Of a DNA stretch of 61,715 bases, positions 9,204 through 18,076 are shown one piece after another (within the stretch, counting starts at the first letter, position 1; each line of letters opens with the position of its first letter). The position numbers and the translations under genes are program-made. The notes under the pieces were generated by a model. That model was given only the letters and a program-made list of their open reading frames with translations. It made no database searches and was not told the DNA's origin. Source of the DNA: a virus. Taxonomy: Duplodnaviria > Caudoviricetes. The DNA lies in the IMG/VR virus record IMGVR_UViG_3300032331_002501, positions 1 through 61,715 of that record; one strand, written 5' to 3'.

Positions 9204-9694
9204 TATTTTTCTTCAAAAAACTGTTTTAAATTTGGGCGAAAGTAATTTATGTTTTTCATTACTTTTCTATCACGTGATCTATATACAACCCAATAATCAC
9301 CTACTTTTTCATAATGACATTGTTCACCTTGTTCTTGTTCTCTAAGTTTAACAGTTGCTTTAGCTTCTGCTTCATCTTTACAAGCTTTAGACATGTTACT
9401 TGCTTGAACCTCTGAGTAAGCGGGTAGAATTTTGTCTTTTAAACCGTGCAACATAGCCCCGTTTCCTAAAGATACGTAAGTAATATCGCATAATGCGTCT
9501 AAGACCTCTACGATGTTTCCTGTTTCGCATGCGTGTTTATATTCTTCTAATTCCTCTAAGATGAAGTTATAGACAAACATCCATTCATCTGTAGTAGGAA
9601 TTGTTGGTTCATAATTGTTTGGTTTACCCATTGTAGCGTTAAATGTTTCTACTTCACTAATAAATGGGACATAATTTTCTTTAGATTGAGACAT
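9203..9694 (-). CDS. All-alpha NTP pyrophosphohydrolase (MazG-like/PRA-PH-like)
   Basis: ILEELEEY...EVLDALCDITYV...EVQASNMSK...KVMK. Confidence 0.85.
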   Translation of the reverse strand: MSQSKENYVPFISEVETFNATMGKPNNYEPTIPTTDEWMFVYNFILEELEEYKHACETGNIVEVLDALCDITYVSLGNGAMLHGLKDKILPAYSEVQASNMSKACKDEAEAKATVKLREQEQGEQCHYEKVGDYWVVYRSRDRKVMKNINYFRPNLKQFFEEK

Positions 9695-10376
9695 GACCGT
9701 TATTTATTTTAAGTGAATCAAAAAACTCTTTACGTGCTAGATTATCGTTTTCCATAAACACACCTGATGCTTTAGTAGTAACCATTGCAGCACCTTGATG
9801 TTTAATACCTCTGCAACTAACACAATTGTGAGTAGCAACTACTGTTACAATAACACCTAAGTTTTTTTCACAAACTTTGTTTACGGCTTGATGAATAGCT
9901 GCTGTTAACTGTTCTTGAATAGCTCCTCTACGGCCAAAGTGTTCTACAATACGATTTAATTTTGATAAACCGATTACTCTACCCTCAGCACCGGCAATAT
10001 AACCAATATGTACTACACCTCTAATTGTTTGGTGGTGATGTGAACACATTGATGTTAATTGAATATTACGTTCAATAATTACACCATCATATCCATCTGA
10101 GGGGAATGATGTAATATCAGTAAATCCATTGTATCGGCCAGCCCATAAGTCATTAACATAAGCTTTAGCTACGCGACGAGGAGTATCTGCAGAATTAGGG
10201 TCGTTTTGCCAATCGCATTTTAAAGCTTCTAAGAACTTACCAAAATGTACAGATGCTTCATCAATCATTTGTTGCTTTTCTTCATCTGTTAAAGGACGAT
10301 CTAAAGCAGATCCATTTGCTAAACCAGTTTTCACACACTCTATGTCGTTGTGAAATTTTCTTCTATTATTTTCCAT
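9681..10376 (-). CDS. folE: GTP cyclohydrolase I
   Basis: DTPRRVAK, SMCSHHH, IGLSKLNR, IQEQLT, HNCVSCRG. Confidence 0.96.
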   Translation of the reverse strand: MENNRRKFHNDIECVKTGLANGSALDRPLTDEEKQQMIDEASVHFGKFLEALKCDWQNDPNSADTPRRVAKAYVNDLWAGRYNGFTDITSFPSDGYDGVIIERNIQLTSMCSHHHQTIRGVVHIGYIAGAEGRVIGLSKLNRIVEHFGRRGAIQEQLTAAIHQAVNKVCEKNLGVIVTVVATHNCVSCRGIKHQGAAMVTTKASGVFMENDNLARKEFFDSLKINNGHVSI

Positions 10377-10401
10377 ATAACTTTAATATAATAAAACTTT
10401 T

Positions 10402-10908
10402 TTATTTTCCCACAATATAAGGAAGATTTCTATGAAATCCATCTTCATCATCCATCCCATATCCCCATACCCATTCATCTTTGATTTCAAATAGGTAATC
10501 TAAATTTTCAATAGATACGGTATTTTTTTCTCGCTTAATAACAGTAACAACATTGATACTTTTTGGATTTCTTTTGGAAAGATTTTTAATTAAATAATCA
10601 ACAGTTCGTCCTGAGTCGTAGATATCATCTACAAGATAGATATGTTTATTTTCAATAGATGTTTCTATACCTTTTATAGTAATAACTTCTCCTTGTTCTT
10701 GTCCTAGATAACTTTTTACTCTAATAAAATCACATTCAAAATTAGAAGGAGATATATTTTTAATTAAGTCACTAAAAAACATAAATCCACCATTAAGAAC
10801 ACAGACAAAAACTATAGGAGTAGAATCGTTTCTATGACGTTGAGAAATTTTAAAACCTAATTTAAAAATCTTGTCTTGAATTTTTTGTTTATCAAATAAT
10901 ATTTTCAT
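10402..10908 (-). CDS. hpt: Purine phosphoribosyltransferase (HPRT-like)
   Basis: VLNGGFMFFSDL, PRPP loop LVDDIYDSGRT, WVWGYGMD, RNLPYI. Confidence 0.92.
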   Translation of the reverse strand: MKILFDKQKIQDKIFKLGFKISQRHRNDSTPIVFVCVLNGGFMFFSDLIKNISPSNFECDFIRVKSYLGQEQGEVITIKGIETSIENKHIYLVDDIYDSGRTVDYLIKNLSKRNPKSINVVTVIKREKNTVSIENLDYLFEIKDEWVWGYGMDDEDGFHRNLPYIVGK

Positions 10909-11167
10909 AAAGTTCCTTTATTGAATGTAAACCTGGGTAATGTTTGATTTTTCCTTTATAAGATACAACCACATGAGGGTAGTAATCTACTTCAAATTCT
11001 TGTTCTAAATCAGTATTTTCATTAAGTCTAATTAATTTAAATTCTAATTTATTAGCAATTTCTTTAATTAAGGGAGATGCAACTTTACATGCATCACACC
11101 AATCTGCATAGAATACTACTATTGCGTTTTCTTTTTTTAATGCTTCGGTTAATAATTTTTTATCCAT
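10892..11167 (-). CDS. Thioredoxin-like protein
   Basis: FYADWCDACK and a cis-Pro YYP motif. Confidence 0.85.
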   Translation of the reverse strand: MDKKLLTEALKKENAIVVFYADWCDACKVASPLIKEIANKLEFKLIRLNENTDLEQEFEVDYYPHVVVSYKGKIKHYPGLHSIKELYENII

Positions 11168-11958
11168 TATACTTCTCGTTTTGTGTCAAATGCTATAATA
11201 TGTTCTCTACCTGTAAAATTATAACCATTATCTCTACAAAAATCCATTACCATAGGATATACTCGGATTAACTCATCTCTTGTATCACCAGGAGGCATTA
11301 ACCAAGTCTTACGTTTTGGGATATCCATTTCAACTCTAAATGTTTCAATCTCAGCCCATGCTTCAGGCATTTCAATAGGATTGCAAACAGGTTTGAAATG
11401 ATAATCATGATGGTATTCTAATGTTTTTCTTATCGTTTCTTTATCAAGACGAAATTTATTATGTTGGTCCACCATTTTTTGGTCTGCCGTTTTACCTTGC
11501 GGAGTAAGAGTCCCAAGTGCAGGAACGCTGTTACTAAACTTAGGGCTAAGAGATATAAGACCAATAGGGTAGTCAGTTTTAATGAAATGAGAACCTTCTG
11601 TTTCAATTGTAATAAATAGGCCACGTTTTTCTGCTAAATGAGTTAATTCGTTTACTAGATCAGGATGCATAGTAGGTGAACCACCGGTTAGCATCATTTC
11701 TCTAATATATGGGTTATTATCATACATAGCGATAATATCGTTAAACGTGTATTTTCCTTTCTCAGGATGAATACTAGTATACCAGCTATCACACCAACCG
11801 CCGTCACCAAACCAACATCTGTGAGTACAACCTGTAGTTCTAATAACTACTGTAGGCATACCTGCTCTACTACCTTCAGATTGCACTGCTGTGTATAATT
11901 CTACAATTGGTAGTTTTTTATTATAGTCTTCTATTCTACCTGGTTTTTTATTCTCCAT
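11167..11958 (-). CDS. queE: 7-carboxy-7-deazaguanine synthase (radical SAM)
   Basis: VQSEG..AG.P.V.IRTTGC, an extended Cys cluster C..RC...WCDS, LTGG, IETEG, LSPK; located between queD and folE. Confidence 0.92.
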   Translation of the reverse strand: MENKKPGRIEDYNKKLPIVELYTAVQSEGSRAGMPTVVIRTTGCTHRCWFGDGGWCDSWYTSIHPEKGKYTFNDIIAMYDNNPYIREMMLTGGSPTMHPDLVNELTHLAEKRGLFITIETEGSHFIKTDYPIGLISLSPKFSNSVPALGTLTPQGKTADQKMVDQHNKFRLDKETIRKTLEYHHDYHFKPVCNPIEMPEAWAEIETFRVEMDIPKRKTWLMPPGDTRDELIRVYPMVMDFCRDNGYNFTGREHIIAFDTKREV

Positions 11959-12421
11959 AAATGGCTGAGTTTTTATTATGTTCTTTAAATTCTACTTGAG
12001 TAACACGTACTCTATTATTTGTTTCTTCTAGTACAAATTTATTTACTTTGTCATAAATGTATTTTGCAAATTGTTCTGCTCCAGTAGCAGGTATTACTCT
12101 TAATTGGATAAGTTTACCTGCATCCATATCTTTAAATAATTCCAAATACTTATCATCTTCTGCTATAATTACAGTATGATCAAACATATAATCCATCCAT
12201 GCTTTAGGATTCATACCATCGATAGTACCTTTAGCTCGTTTCATTCCACCAAAGTCCCATACCCAATTCTTTTCATCTAATTCACCTTCAAAGGTAATTT
12301 TAAATGAAACACCATAACCGTGTAGAAATTGACAGTGTGTTCCATCTGCTCTCCACTGGCGGAATACTGTGCTAAATCCGTCAAATAATTTTGTTGATTG
12401 GAATTTTGTTTTAGTTCCCAT
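11948..12421 (-). CDS. queD: 6-carboxy-5,6,7,8-tetrahydropterin synthase
   Basis: HCQFLHGY, WVWDFG, FDH, GAEQFA, and a VEFKEH..NSA C-terminus. Confidence 0.9.
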   Translation of the reverse strand: MGTKTKFQSTKLFDGFSTVFRQWRADGTHCQFLHGYGVSFKITFEGELDEKNWVWDFGGMKRAKGTIDGMNPKAWMDYMFDHTVIIAEDDKYLELFKDMDAGKLIQLRVIPATGAEQFAKYIYDKVNKFVLEETNNRVRVTQVEFKEHNKNSAIYGE

Positions 12422-12668
12422 AATTTAACCAGTCTATAATTTGATTATAAGATTTAACTCCTACAAAACGTCTTAGTTCTTTTCCGTTTTCTGCTAGTAC
12501 AACAACAGGAACACTACGTACTTGTGCTTCTGTTAGCATAGCCGGATCAACATGATCTACATTTTGTTTAATAACAGGAATTTGTCTTGCTATTTCATCC
12601 ATTATTGGTCCTAATGTTTGGCAAGGTTCGCACCATGGTGCACTGTAATAATATAATACTTGGCTCAT
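12411..12668 (-). CDS. Thioredoxin-like protein
   Basis: SAPWCEPC, VRSVP, RFVG. Confidence 0.88.
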   Translation of the reverse strand: MSQVLYYYSAPWCEPCQTLGPIMDEIARQIPVIKQNVDHVDPAMLTEAQVRSVPVVVLAENGKELRRFVGVKSYNQIIDWLNYGN

Positions 12669-12820
12669 ACTAATTCTTCAATTACACCTAAGGCTTCACT
12701 AGCAATTAAAATACTAGCAGCAATAGGAATGTTAATAAATAAAGTTACATATCCTACAATTCGTAAGATAGATTTAGCAAAACTAATTTGCTGGTGTTTT
12801 TTAGGGTCTGGGTGTTTCAT
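12665..12820 (-). CDS. Small membrane protein (51 aa), absent from the ORF track
   Basis: MKHPDPKKHQQISFAKSILRIVGYVTLFINIPIAASILIASEALGVIEELV. Fills the queC-thioredoxin gap with overlaps at both ends. Confidence 0.7.
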   Translation of the reverse strand: MKHPDPKKHQQISFAKSILRIVGYVTLFINIPIAASILIASEALGVIEELV

Positions 12821-13700
12821 GGTTTTCTAATATTTGTGTTACGTGTGCTACTACTGTTTCCCAACTTACAGGACCTGTCTCATCAGCATAGTCAACTGGG
12901 TCTACTTTCCCAAGTCTCATAAATGCTTCAACTCGTTCTACTGATGATGCTGATTTATAATCACTGTACCAGGTTTCAAAAAAGACGTTTATTTCATCTT
13001 CTGTTCCTTCAAATCTTTTTTCCGATTCTACTATTCTAATTGGTTTATAAGATGTATTTGTGTAGCTATATACTTTATTAAAATTAAGACCTAATTGCTC
13101 ACAGCAGTTATCTCCATCTACTAAAATACCAAACTTATCATCCTCAAGGTAAGGTGTATAATGATATACTTTTTCAGCACCCCAATTACCTAATTTAAAT
13201 GCTTCAAAATCAGCATCTCTAAACTCTTGACGACAATCAGGATAAATAGCGTGATCACCTGCGTGTATCCCCATTGCAATAGCACATTCAGTATTCTTTT
13301 GTTCAGCAATTGATAACGCAACTGCTTGAATAATAGAACTAAAAATTTTATTGCGATTAGGAACTACTGTTGCTTTCATATTCTCTTCAGCATAGTGTCC
13401 TTCAGGTACTTCTTCACCTCCAGTAACTAATGCTGAGTTTAATAATTTAGATAGGCCATCTAGTTTGATTATTTGATGTTTTACATAATATGGGTATTCT
13501 GCTGTTTTAGACTCTTCATCTATAATACAGTATCCATTAATGTATTTAACTAAATCTTTAGCGCGCTCTAATTCTACATTATGTTTTTGTCCATAATCGA
13601 ATGATAATGCTGTTACTTCATATTCATTAGCGAGCAAATGAAGTAATAATGTGGAACTATCCATTCCCCCACTTAACGATAAAACTGCTTGTTTTTTCAT
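12801..13700 (-). CDS. queC: 7-cyano-7-deazaguanine (preQ0) synthase
   Basis: SLSGGMDSS PP-loop, FDYGQKH, TVVPNRN, YPDCR. Confidence 0.96.
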   Translation of the reverse strand: MKKQAVLSLSGGMDSSTLLLHLLANEYEVTALSFDYGQKHNVELERAKDLVKYINGYCIIDEESKTAEYPYYVKHQIIKLDGLSKLLNSALVTGGEEVPEGHYAEENMKATVVPNRNKIFSSIIQAVALSIAEQKNTECAIAMGIHAGDHAIYPDCRQEFRDADFEAFKLGNWGAEKVYHYTPYLEDDKFGILVDGDNCCEQLGLNFNKVYSYTNTSYKPIRIVESEKRFEGTEDEINVFFETWYSDYKSASSVERVEAFMRLGKVDPVDYADETGPVSWETVVAHVTQILENHETPRP

Positions 13701-14503
13701 ATATTGTTTATTTTACGGAATAAATCTACGTTATATAATGTTAAATCCAAATCTAATTTAGAAAAAGGAATTTTAATGATATCATCAATACGAGTTTTAG
13801 GTTTTGAAATTAAACCATATGGCTTGTATTTCATTCCATCTATAGCTGCTAGAATTGGATTTGATGTATCCATTGTTTCAATACAACTTAAATGGTGATA
13901 ACTAAATTCTTGTGGTAATTGACAACCTAATAAATGTAGTTTAACCTCTTGCCAAGAAGCATCTAATGAAAAATCATCAGATAATGTCTTAACAAATTTA
14001 ACTCGTCCTAACATTTTAGCAAAATTAGGGTCTGGGTGGTTTGATAGATCATTATACCAACTTGCTCCATAAGAAATAGCAATTTTTCTATATCCTAGAT
14101 TGTTTTTTAATTGGTTAAAACATTCAATCCCTTCTAATAAATTATTTGCTTGTACTACAGCTACAAATTTAGTACTAGGATAATCAAATTCTTTTTGAAT
14201 CCATTCTGTAGCACTGCCAAGGGTTTTGTCCTTATCCTGCCAGTGATCAGGTACAATAAATTCATCTGGTTGTAGTTTTTCTAGCCAATAAATAAGTCTT
14301 TCTTCAGAGTATGGAGTGCCTAATTCATGAAGACTATTATCCATTATGATATATCTTCCTTCTCTTTTAGATTGAAGAAAATAGTTTTTATATTCTTCAT
14401 CTTGATCTAACAAATGCGGTAAACAATAATCGTAGTCATTAAATTGTTTACTTAACTCTAAAAGGCACAAAGGTACCTCATGGGAAATTTTAGGTTTGAA
14501 CAT
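13697..14503 (-). CDS. TGT-fold transglycosylase-like protein (candidate DpdA-type DNA base-exchange enzyme)
   Basis: MDNS, IVPD, AVVQ, IAI, LHLLG and MDTS motifs occur in the TGT barrel order. First gene of the que cluster. Confidence 0.65.
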   Translation of the reverse strand: MFKPKISHEVPLCLLELSKQFNDYDYCLPHLLDQDEEYKNYFLQSKREGRYIIMDNSLHELGTPYSEERLIYWLEKLQPDEFIVPDHWQDKDKTLGSATEWIQKEFDYPSTKFVAVVQANNLLEGIECFNQLKNNLGYRKIAISYGASWYNDLSNHPDPNFAKMLGRVKFVKTLSDDFSLDASWQEVKLHLLGCQLPQEFSYHHLSCIETMDTSNPILAAIDGMKYKPYGLISKPKTRIDDIIKIPFSKLDLDLTLYNVDLFRKINNI

Positions 14504-14516
14504 AGATTTTATTTAA

Positions 14517-14810
14517 TTATTTAACAAATTCACAAAAAGTCTCTTCTATCATTTCAATAACAAGATCATCTAAACCTTCAACTTCTCTAAATCTTTCTAT
14601 ATCAAATGTAGGTTCTATATGAACACCATTTAGTACTACAGATGGAGGGTTTATAATTTCTTCTAAACGAATACCTACTTTTTTACTTTGGTGTTCTTCT
14701 ACAGATCTAACCATGTATAATTTACCTCTATCAGGTAAAAATGCTATTAAATATTTTTGTTTTTCATTAAATGCAGCATTTATGCACTCTACTACAGATC
14801 CAACTTTCAT
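14517..14810 (-). CDS. Hypothetical protein (start revised to MKVGSVVEC)
   Basis: The track's N-terminal extension runs through a terminator/promoter element. ATG at 14810 follows the -7 box. Confidence 0.65.
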   Translation of the reverse strand: MKVGSVVECINAAFNEKQKYLIAFLPDRGKLYMVRSVEEHQSKKVGIRLEEIINPPSVVLNGVHIEPTFDIERFREVEGLDDLVIEMIEETFCEFVK

Positions 14811-14814
14811 ACTA

Positions 14815-14846
14815 TAAAGATAATAAAAAAAGGCCAAAAGGCCAAA
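14815..14846 (-). promoter_or_regulatory. Terminator hairpin overlapping a -33/-7 promoter (near copy of 330-361)
   Basis: TTTG-GCCTTTTGGCCTTTTTTTAT-TATCTTTA-TAGT-ATG. Confidence 0.7.
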
Positions 14847-14882
14847 TTTTATCATTAACCTTTTAAAGTTAATTATTTTATT

Positions 14883-15341
14883 TTAATAATTTGTTGATTT
14901 TACACCACTACCTAAATCAGATAATCTTACTAATTCAGGGCCATCTAAACCTTTAGTTTCTTTTATAGCATAACCTAAAACAACTTTAGCTTCTTCAGAT
15001 AAAACTCCAGGAGTTTGACCATCGCGAAGATTTTCAAGATATATTCTTGCATCTCTTATAGCTTCTATTTCGTCTGGGTCTGGGTTTCCTGTTCTTGAGT
15101 TACTTAGTTCTATTAAATATCCTATAAGAACTGAATATGGGTTTTCTGCTGAGATTTCAGTTTTATTTTTAGAAGAAACAGTTTGAGGCATATCTTGAGC
15201 TTTTATTCCTCCTAAAGATCCAGCTAGAGATGCTAGTCCTACTAAAACATTTTCCTTCCAACCCTCATTTATAGTATTATTTTTATTTAATACATTTTGG
15301 ATTTCTTCTCTAATGATTTGTTTTAGTTGTGATGATTTCAT
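14883..15341 (-). CDS. Hypothetical late protein, candidate internal head protein
   Basis: N-terminal SQLKQIIREEI and an INE site. Late motif at 15362-15369. Confidence 0.6.
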   Translation of the reverse strand: MKSSQLKQIIREEIQNVLNKNNTINEGWKENVLVGLASLAGSLGGIKAQDMPQTVSSKNKTEISAENPYSVLIGYLIELSNSRTGNPDPDEIEAIRDARIYLENLRDGQTPGVLSEEAKVVLGYAIKETKGLDGPELVRLSDLGSGVKSTNY

Positions 15342-15371
15342 TTTTATTGAGAATTATTTACTATAAATATA

Positions 15372-17096
15372 TTATCCTTCACAAGAAATGCATTCTGATA
15401 AGCGCTGCAAATTATCTCCTCTCAGTACTGATTCAGTGCGTAGGTAATATAATGTTTTGATTCCTAGTTTATGAGCCTCTTTATGTACTTGGCTAATCCA
15501 TTTTGGAGTATCATTTGGATCAAAGCATAAGTTTAATGAGATAGCTTGGTCTACATATTCTTGTCTAACACCATTTTGTCTTACAATTTCTAATTGGTTG
15601 ATTTCTTTAAATGTTAAGAATACTTCTTTTTCTTCATCAGTTAAAATATAGGAAGGAACATTAATAACTGAACCTTGGTCTTTTAGGATTTGATCCCAAA
15701 CACTATCAATGTTATATCCTTTAGATGCTAATAATTCTTCTAAAATTTTATTACGTTTAATAAATACACCTTTTGCTGTTTTTAAATTATAAACATTAGC
15801 AGGAATAGGTTCGATTGAAGGTGATACACCTCCTGAAATGTGAGCATTTGATACTGTAGGCGCAATTGCTAGATGGTGGGTATGTCTTAAACCTGTACCT
15901 TTACACCATTCTGGTTCACCGTATAATTCTGCTTGGTTGCGGGATGCTTTTAAAGCACCTTTTTCAATAAAATCAGATATCATTCTTGTATGAGCCGTTG
16001 CTTGGATACCTACAAATGGTAATCCTTTTGATTGTAAAAATGTATGCCATCCTAAAACACCAATTCCAATTGCTCTACCTTTAGTAGCAGAACGAACTGT
16101 GTTTTCCATAAACTTAACATTCTTAGCTCTATCGATAAATTCTTGTAATACACCTTCTAAAAACCAGCATGTTAATTCAGGTAATGTCATTCCATTTTCA
16201 AATGTATAGTCTTTCCATTCATCCCAACGTGCAAGATTCAATGAAGATAAACAACAAATAAATGAGTGTAATTCGTCTGTGTATAATGAAATCTCAGAAC
16301 AAATATTAGTCATAGATACATGCAAATTGTTCTTAGTGTAAGCTAATGGGTTAGCATTATTAACATTATCTTCAAACATGATATAAGGTTCACCTGTTTC
16401 AAGACGTGTTTTTAATATTTCACCCCACAATTTTAATGCTTTAGGTTCTTTATTATCTAATTCTATCATAAACTTATCATCAATGACAACGCATTGATGT
16501 AAATTCAAACATTGACGATTAACATCACCCTTTGGTCTACGAATTTGTAAAAACTCTTCAATGTCAGGATGATTAATACTTAAGTTAACCGATGCTGCTC
16601 CTCTACGAACTGATCCTTGATTGGTAGCTAAGATAGTTGAGTCATAAATTTTAGCCCAGGGAACAATACCTTCTGATATGCCGTTATCTTTGATTTGTTT
16701 ACCTCGTCCTCTAATACGGGATAAACCAATACCTACCCCACCACCTTGAGATGATAATCTCATTAATTCTGAGTTAGCATCTGCAATACCTTCAATGCTA
16801 TCTCCAACATCAATACCAAAGCATGAAATTGGCATTCCACGCTCTGTACCTAGGTTTGATAATACAGGTGATGCTAAACACAACCAATTCTTAACTATTG
16901 CCTCATAAAAGAATGGTTGTAAATCTTTACGTTTTAATCTGCGAGCAGCTGATTTAGTTACCCTCTTATATGCATCAAATACATCTTCATCAGGTAGTAA
17001 ATAACCTTTTGAAATCATACTAACTGCTATTTCATCCATCCAACTCGGGTAATTCTTTCCTTTAACCCATCCATCTGTGTCTACTTGTATACTCAT
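15372..17096 (-). CDS. nrdA: Class I ribonucleotide reductase alpha subunit, no ATP cone
   Basis: ASPVLSN, PISCF, GGGVG, TNICSEI, IAPTVS, DQAISLN, KTLYY and a C-terminal CISC. Confidence 0.96.
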   Translation of the reverse strand: MSIQVDTDGWVKGKNYPSWMDEIAVSMISKGYLLPDEDVFDAYKRVTKSAARRLKRKDLQPFFYEAIVKNWLCLASPVLSNLGTERGMPISCFGIDVGDSIEGIADANSELMRLSSQGGGVGIGLSRIRGRGKQIKDNGISEGIVPWAKIYDSTILATNQGSVRRGAASVNLSINHPDIEEFLQIRRPKGDVNRQCLNLHQCVVIDDKFMIELDNKEPKALKLWGEILKTRLETGEPYIMFEDNVNNANPLAYTKNNLHVSMTNICSEISLYTDELHSFICCLSSLNLARWDEWKDYTFENGMTLPELTCWFLEGVLQEFIDRAKNVKFMENTVRSATKGRAIGIGVLGWHTFLQSKGLPFVGIQATAHTRMISDFIEKGALKASRNQAELYGEPEWCKGTGLRHTHHLAIAPTVSNAHISGGVSPSIEPIPANVYNLKTAKGVFIKRNKILEELLASKGYNIDSVWDQILKDQGSVINVPSYILTDEEKEVFLTFKEINQLEIVRQNGVRQEYVDQAISLNLCFDPNDTPKWISQVHKEAHKLGIKTLYYLRTESVLRGDNLQRLSECISCEG

Positions 17097-17106
17097 TTTT
17101 TATTTT

Positions 17107-18057
17107 TTATAAATCGTCCCAATCTGCTGTTGATTTTGAATAACTTGTTACGCGACCTGCGAAAAAGTCTTGGTGTGTTTTACCACTTGTTAAATGACCA
17201 AACCACTCAATTTGTTTTAATAAATTTGGGTCGATATCGTTATAAATTGCTTTATAACCTAATTCCATCATTTTTTCATTAGCACGTGCCTTAATGAAAT
17301 TTTTAAGTTGATTAACGTTTAATCCATCAACATCTCCCATTTCAAATGCTTTATCAATAAAATCAAATTCTAATTGTACTGATATTTGGCATGCTTCTAT
17401 TACTGCTTTTCTTAATTGATCTGTATTTAATTCAGGTTGTTCTTCAAGTAATGTTCTAAACAACCAACATCCTGCTTTAGAATGTAATGATTCATCTCTA
17501 ACACTCCATTCAACAATCTGGCCTGTTCCTTTCATTAAGTTTCTTAGTTGAAAACTCATTAATATAGCAAATGAACTAAATAAATTTACACCCTCAGTAA
17601 ATGCTGAGAATATAGCTAGTGATAATGCTCTTTCTTCTAATGTTTCACCTGGGGTTTCAATTAGGCGCTCAATTTTTGCTTTTGATGTTTCGTCTTCTAA
17701 AAATGCTTGAAAATCATCTAAACCTAATTCTTCATTTAAGCGGGCATACGCCTCAGCGTGGATTGATTCAAAATCAGCAAACACACGAGCCATTGCTTGT
17801 ACTTCAGGTTTTGGAAACCACACTGATACTTTTGTTGACCAGTAATCGTTTACGTGGACTTCAGTTTGAGCAAATGATTTTAATATATTCCCAATTAAAT
17901 TCTTCTCAGGTTCTGTTAATTTACCTTTCCAATCACCTAAATCCGATGCTAATGGAACTTCATCTGCTAACCAGTGTACTCGATGTTGATCCTTATAAAA
18001 ATCAAATGCTTGTTGATATTCAAATGGCTTATAAAAATTTCTTACTTCAGTAATCAT
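17107..18057 (-). CDS. nrdB: Ribonucleotide reductase beta subunit
   Basis: KPFEY, ESIHAEAY, EGVNLFSSF, RDESLH, HQDFF. Confidence 0.96.
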   Translation of the reverse strand: MITEVRNFYKPFEYQQAFDFYKDQHRVHWLADEVPLASDLGDWKGKLTEPEKNLIGNILKSFAQTEVHVNDYWSTKVSVWFPKPEVQAMARVFADFESIHAEAYARLNEELGLDDFQAFLEDETSKAKIERLIETPGETLEERALSLAIFSAFTEGVNLFSSFAILMSFQLRNLMKGTGQIVEWSVRDESLHSKAGCWLFRTLLEEQPELNTDQLRKAVIEACQISVQLEFDFIDKAFEMGDVDGLNVNQLKNFIKARANEKMMELGYKAIYNDIDPNLLKQIEWFGHLTSGKTHQDFFAGRVTSYSKSTADWDDL

Positions 18058-18076
18058 ATAATATTAATATAATAAA

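Noticed and set aside
14811-14855. Hydrophobic N-terminal extension of ORF 14517..14855 resembling a signal peptide
   Set aside because: It is the translation of the terminator/promoter element; the real start is probably 14810.
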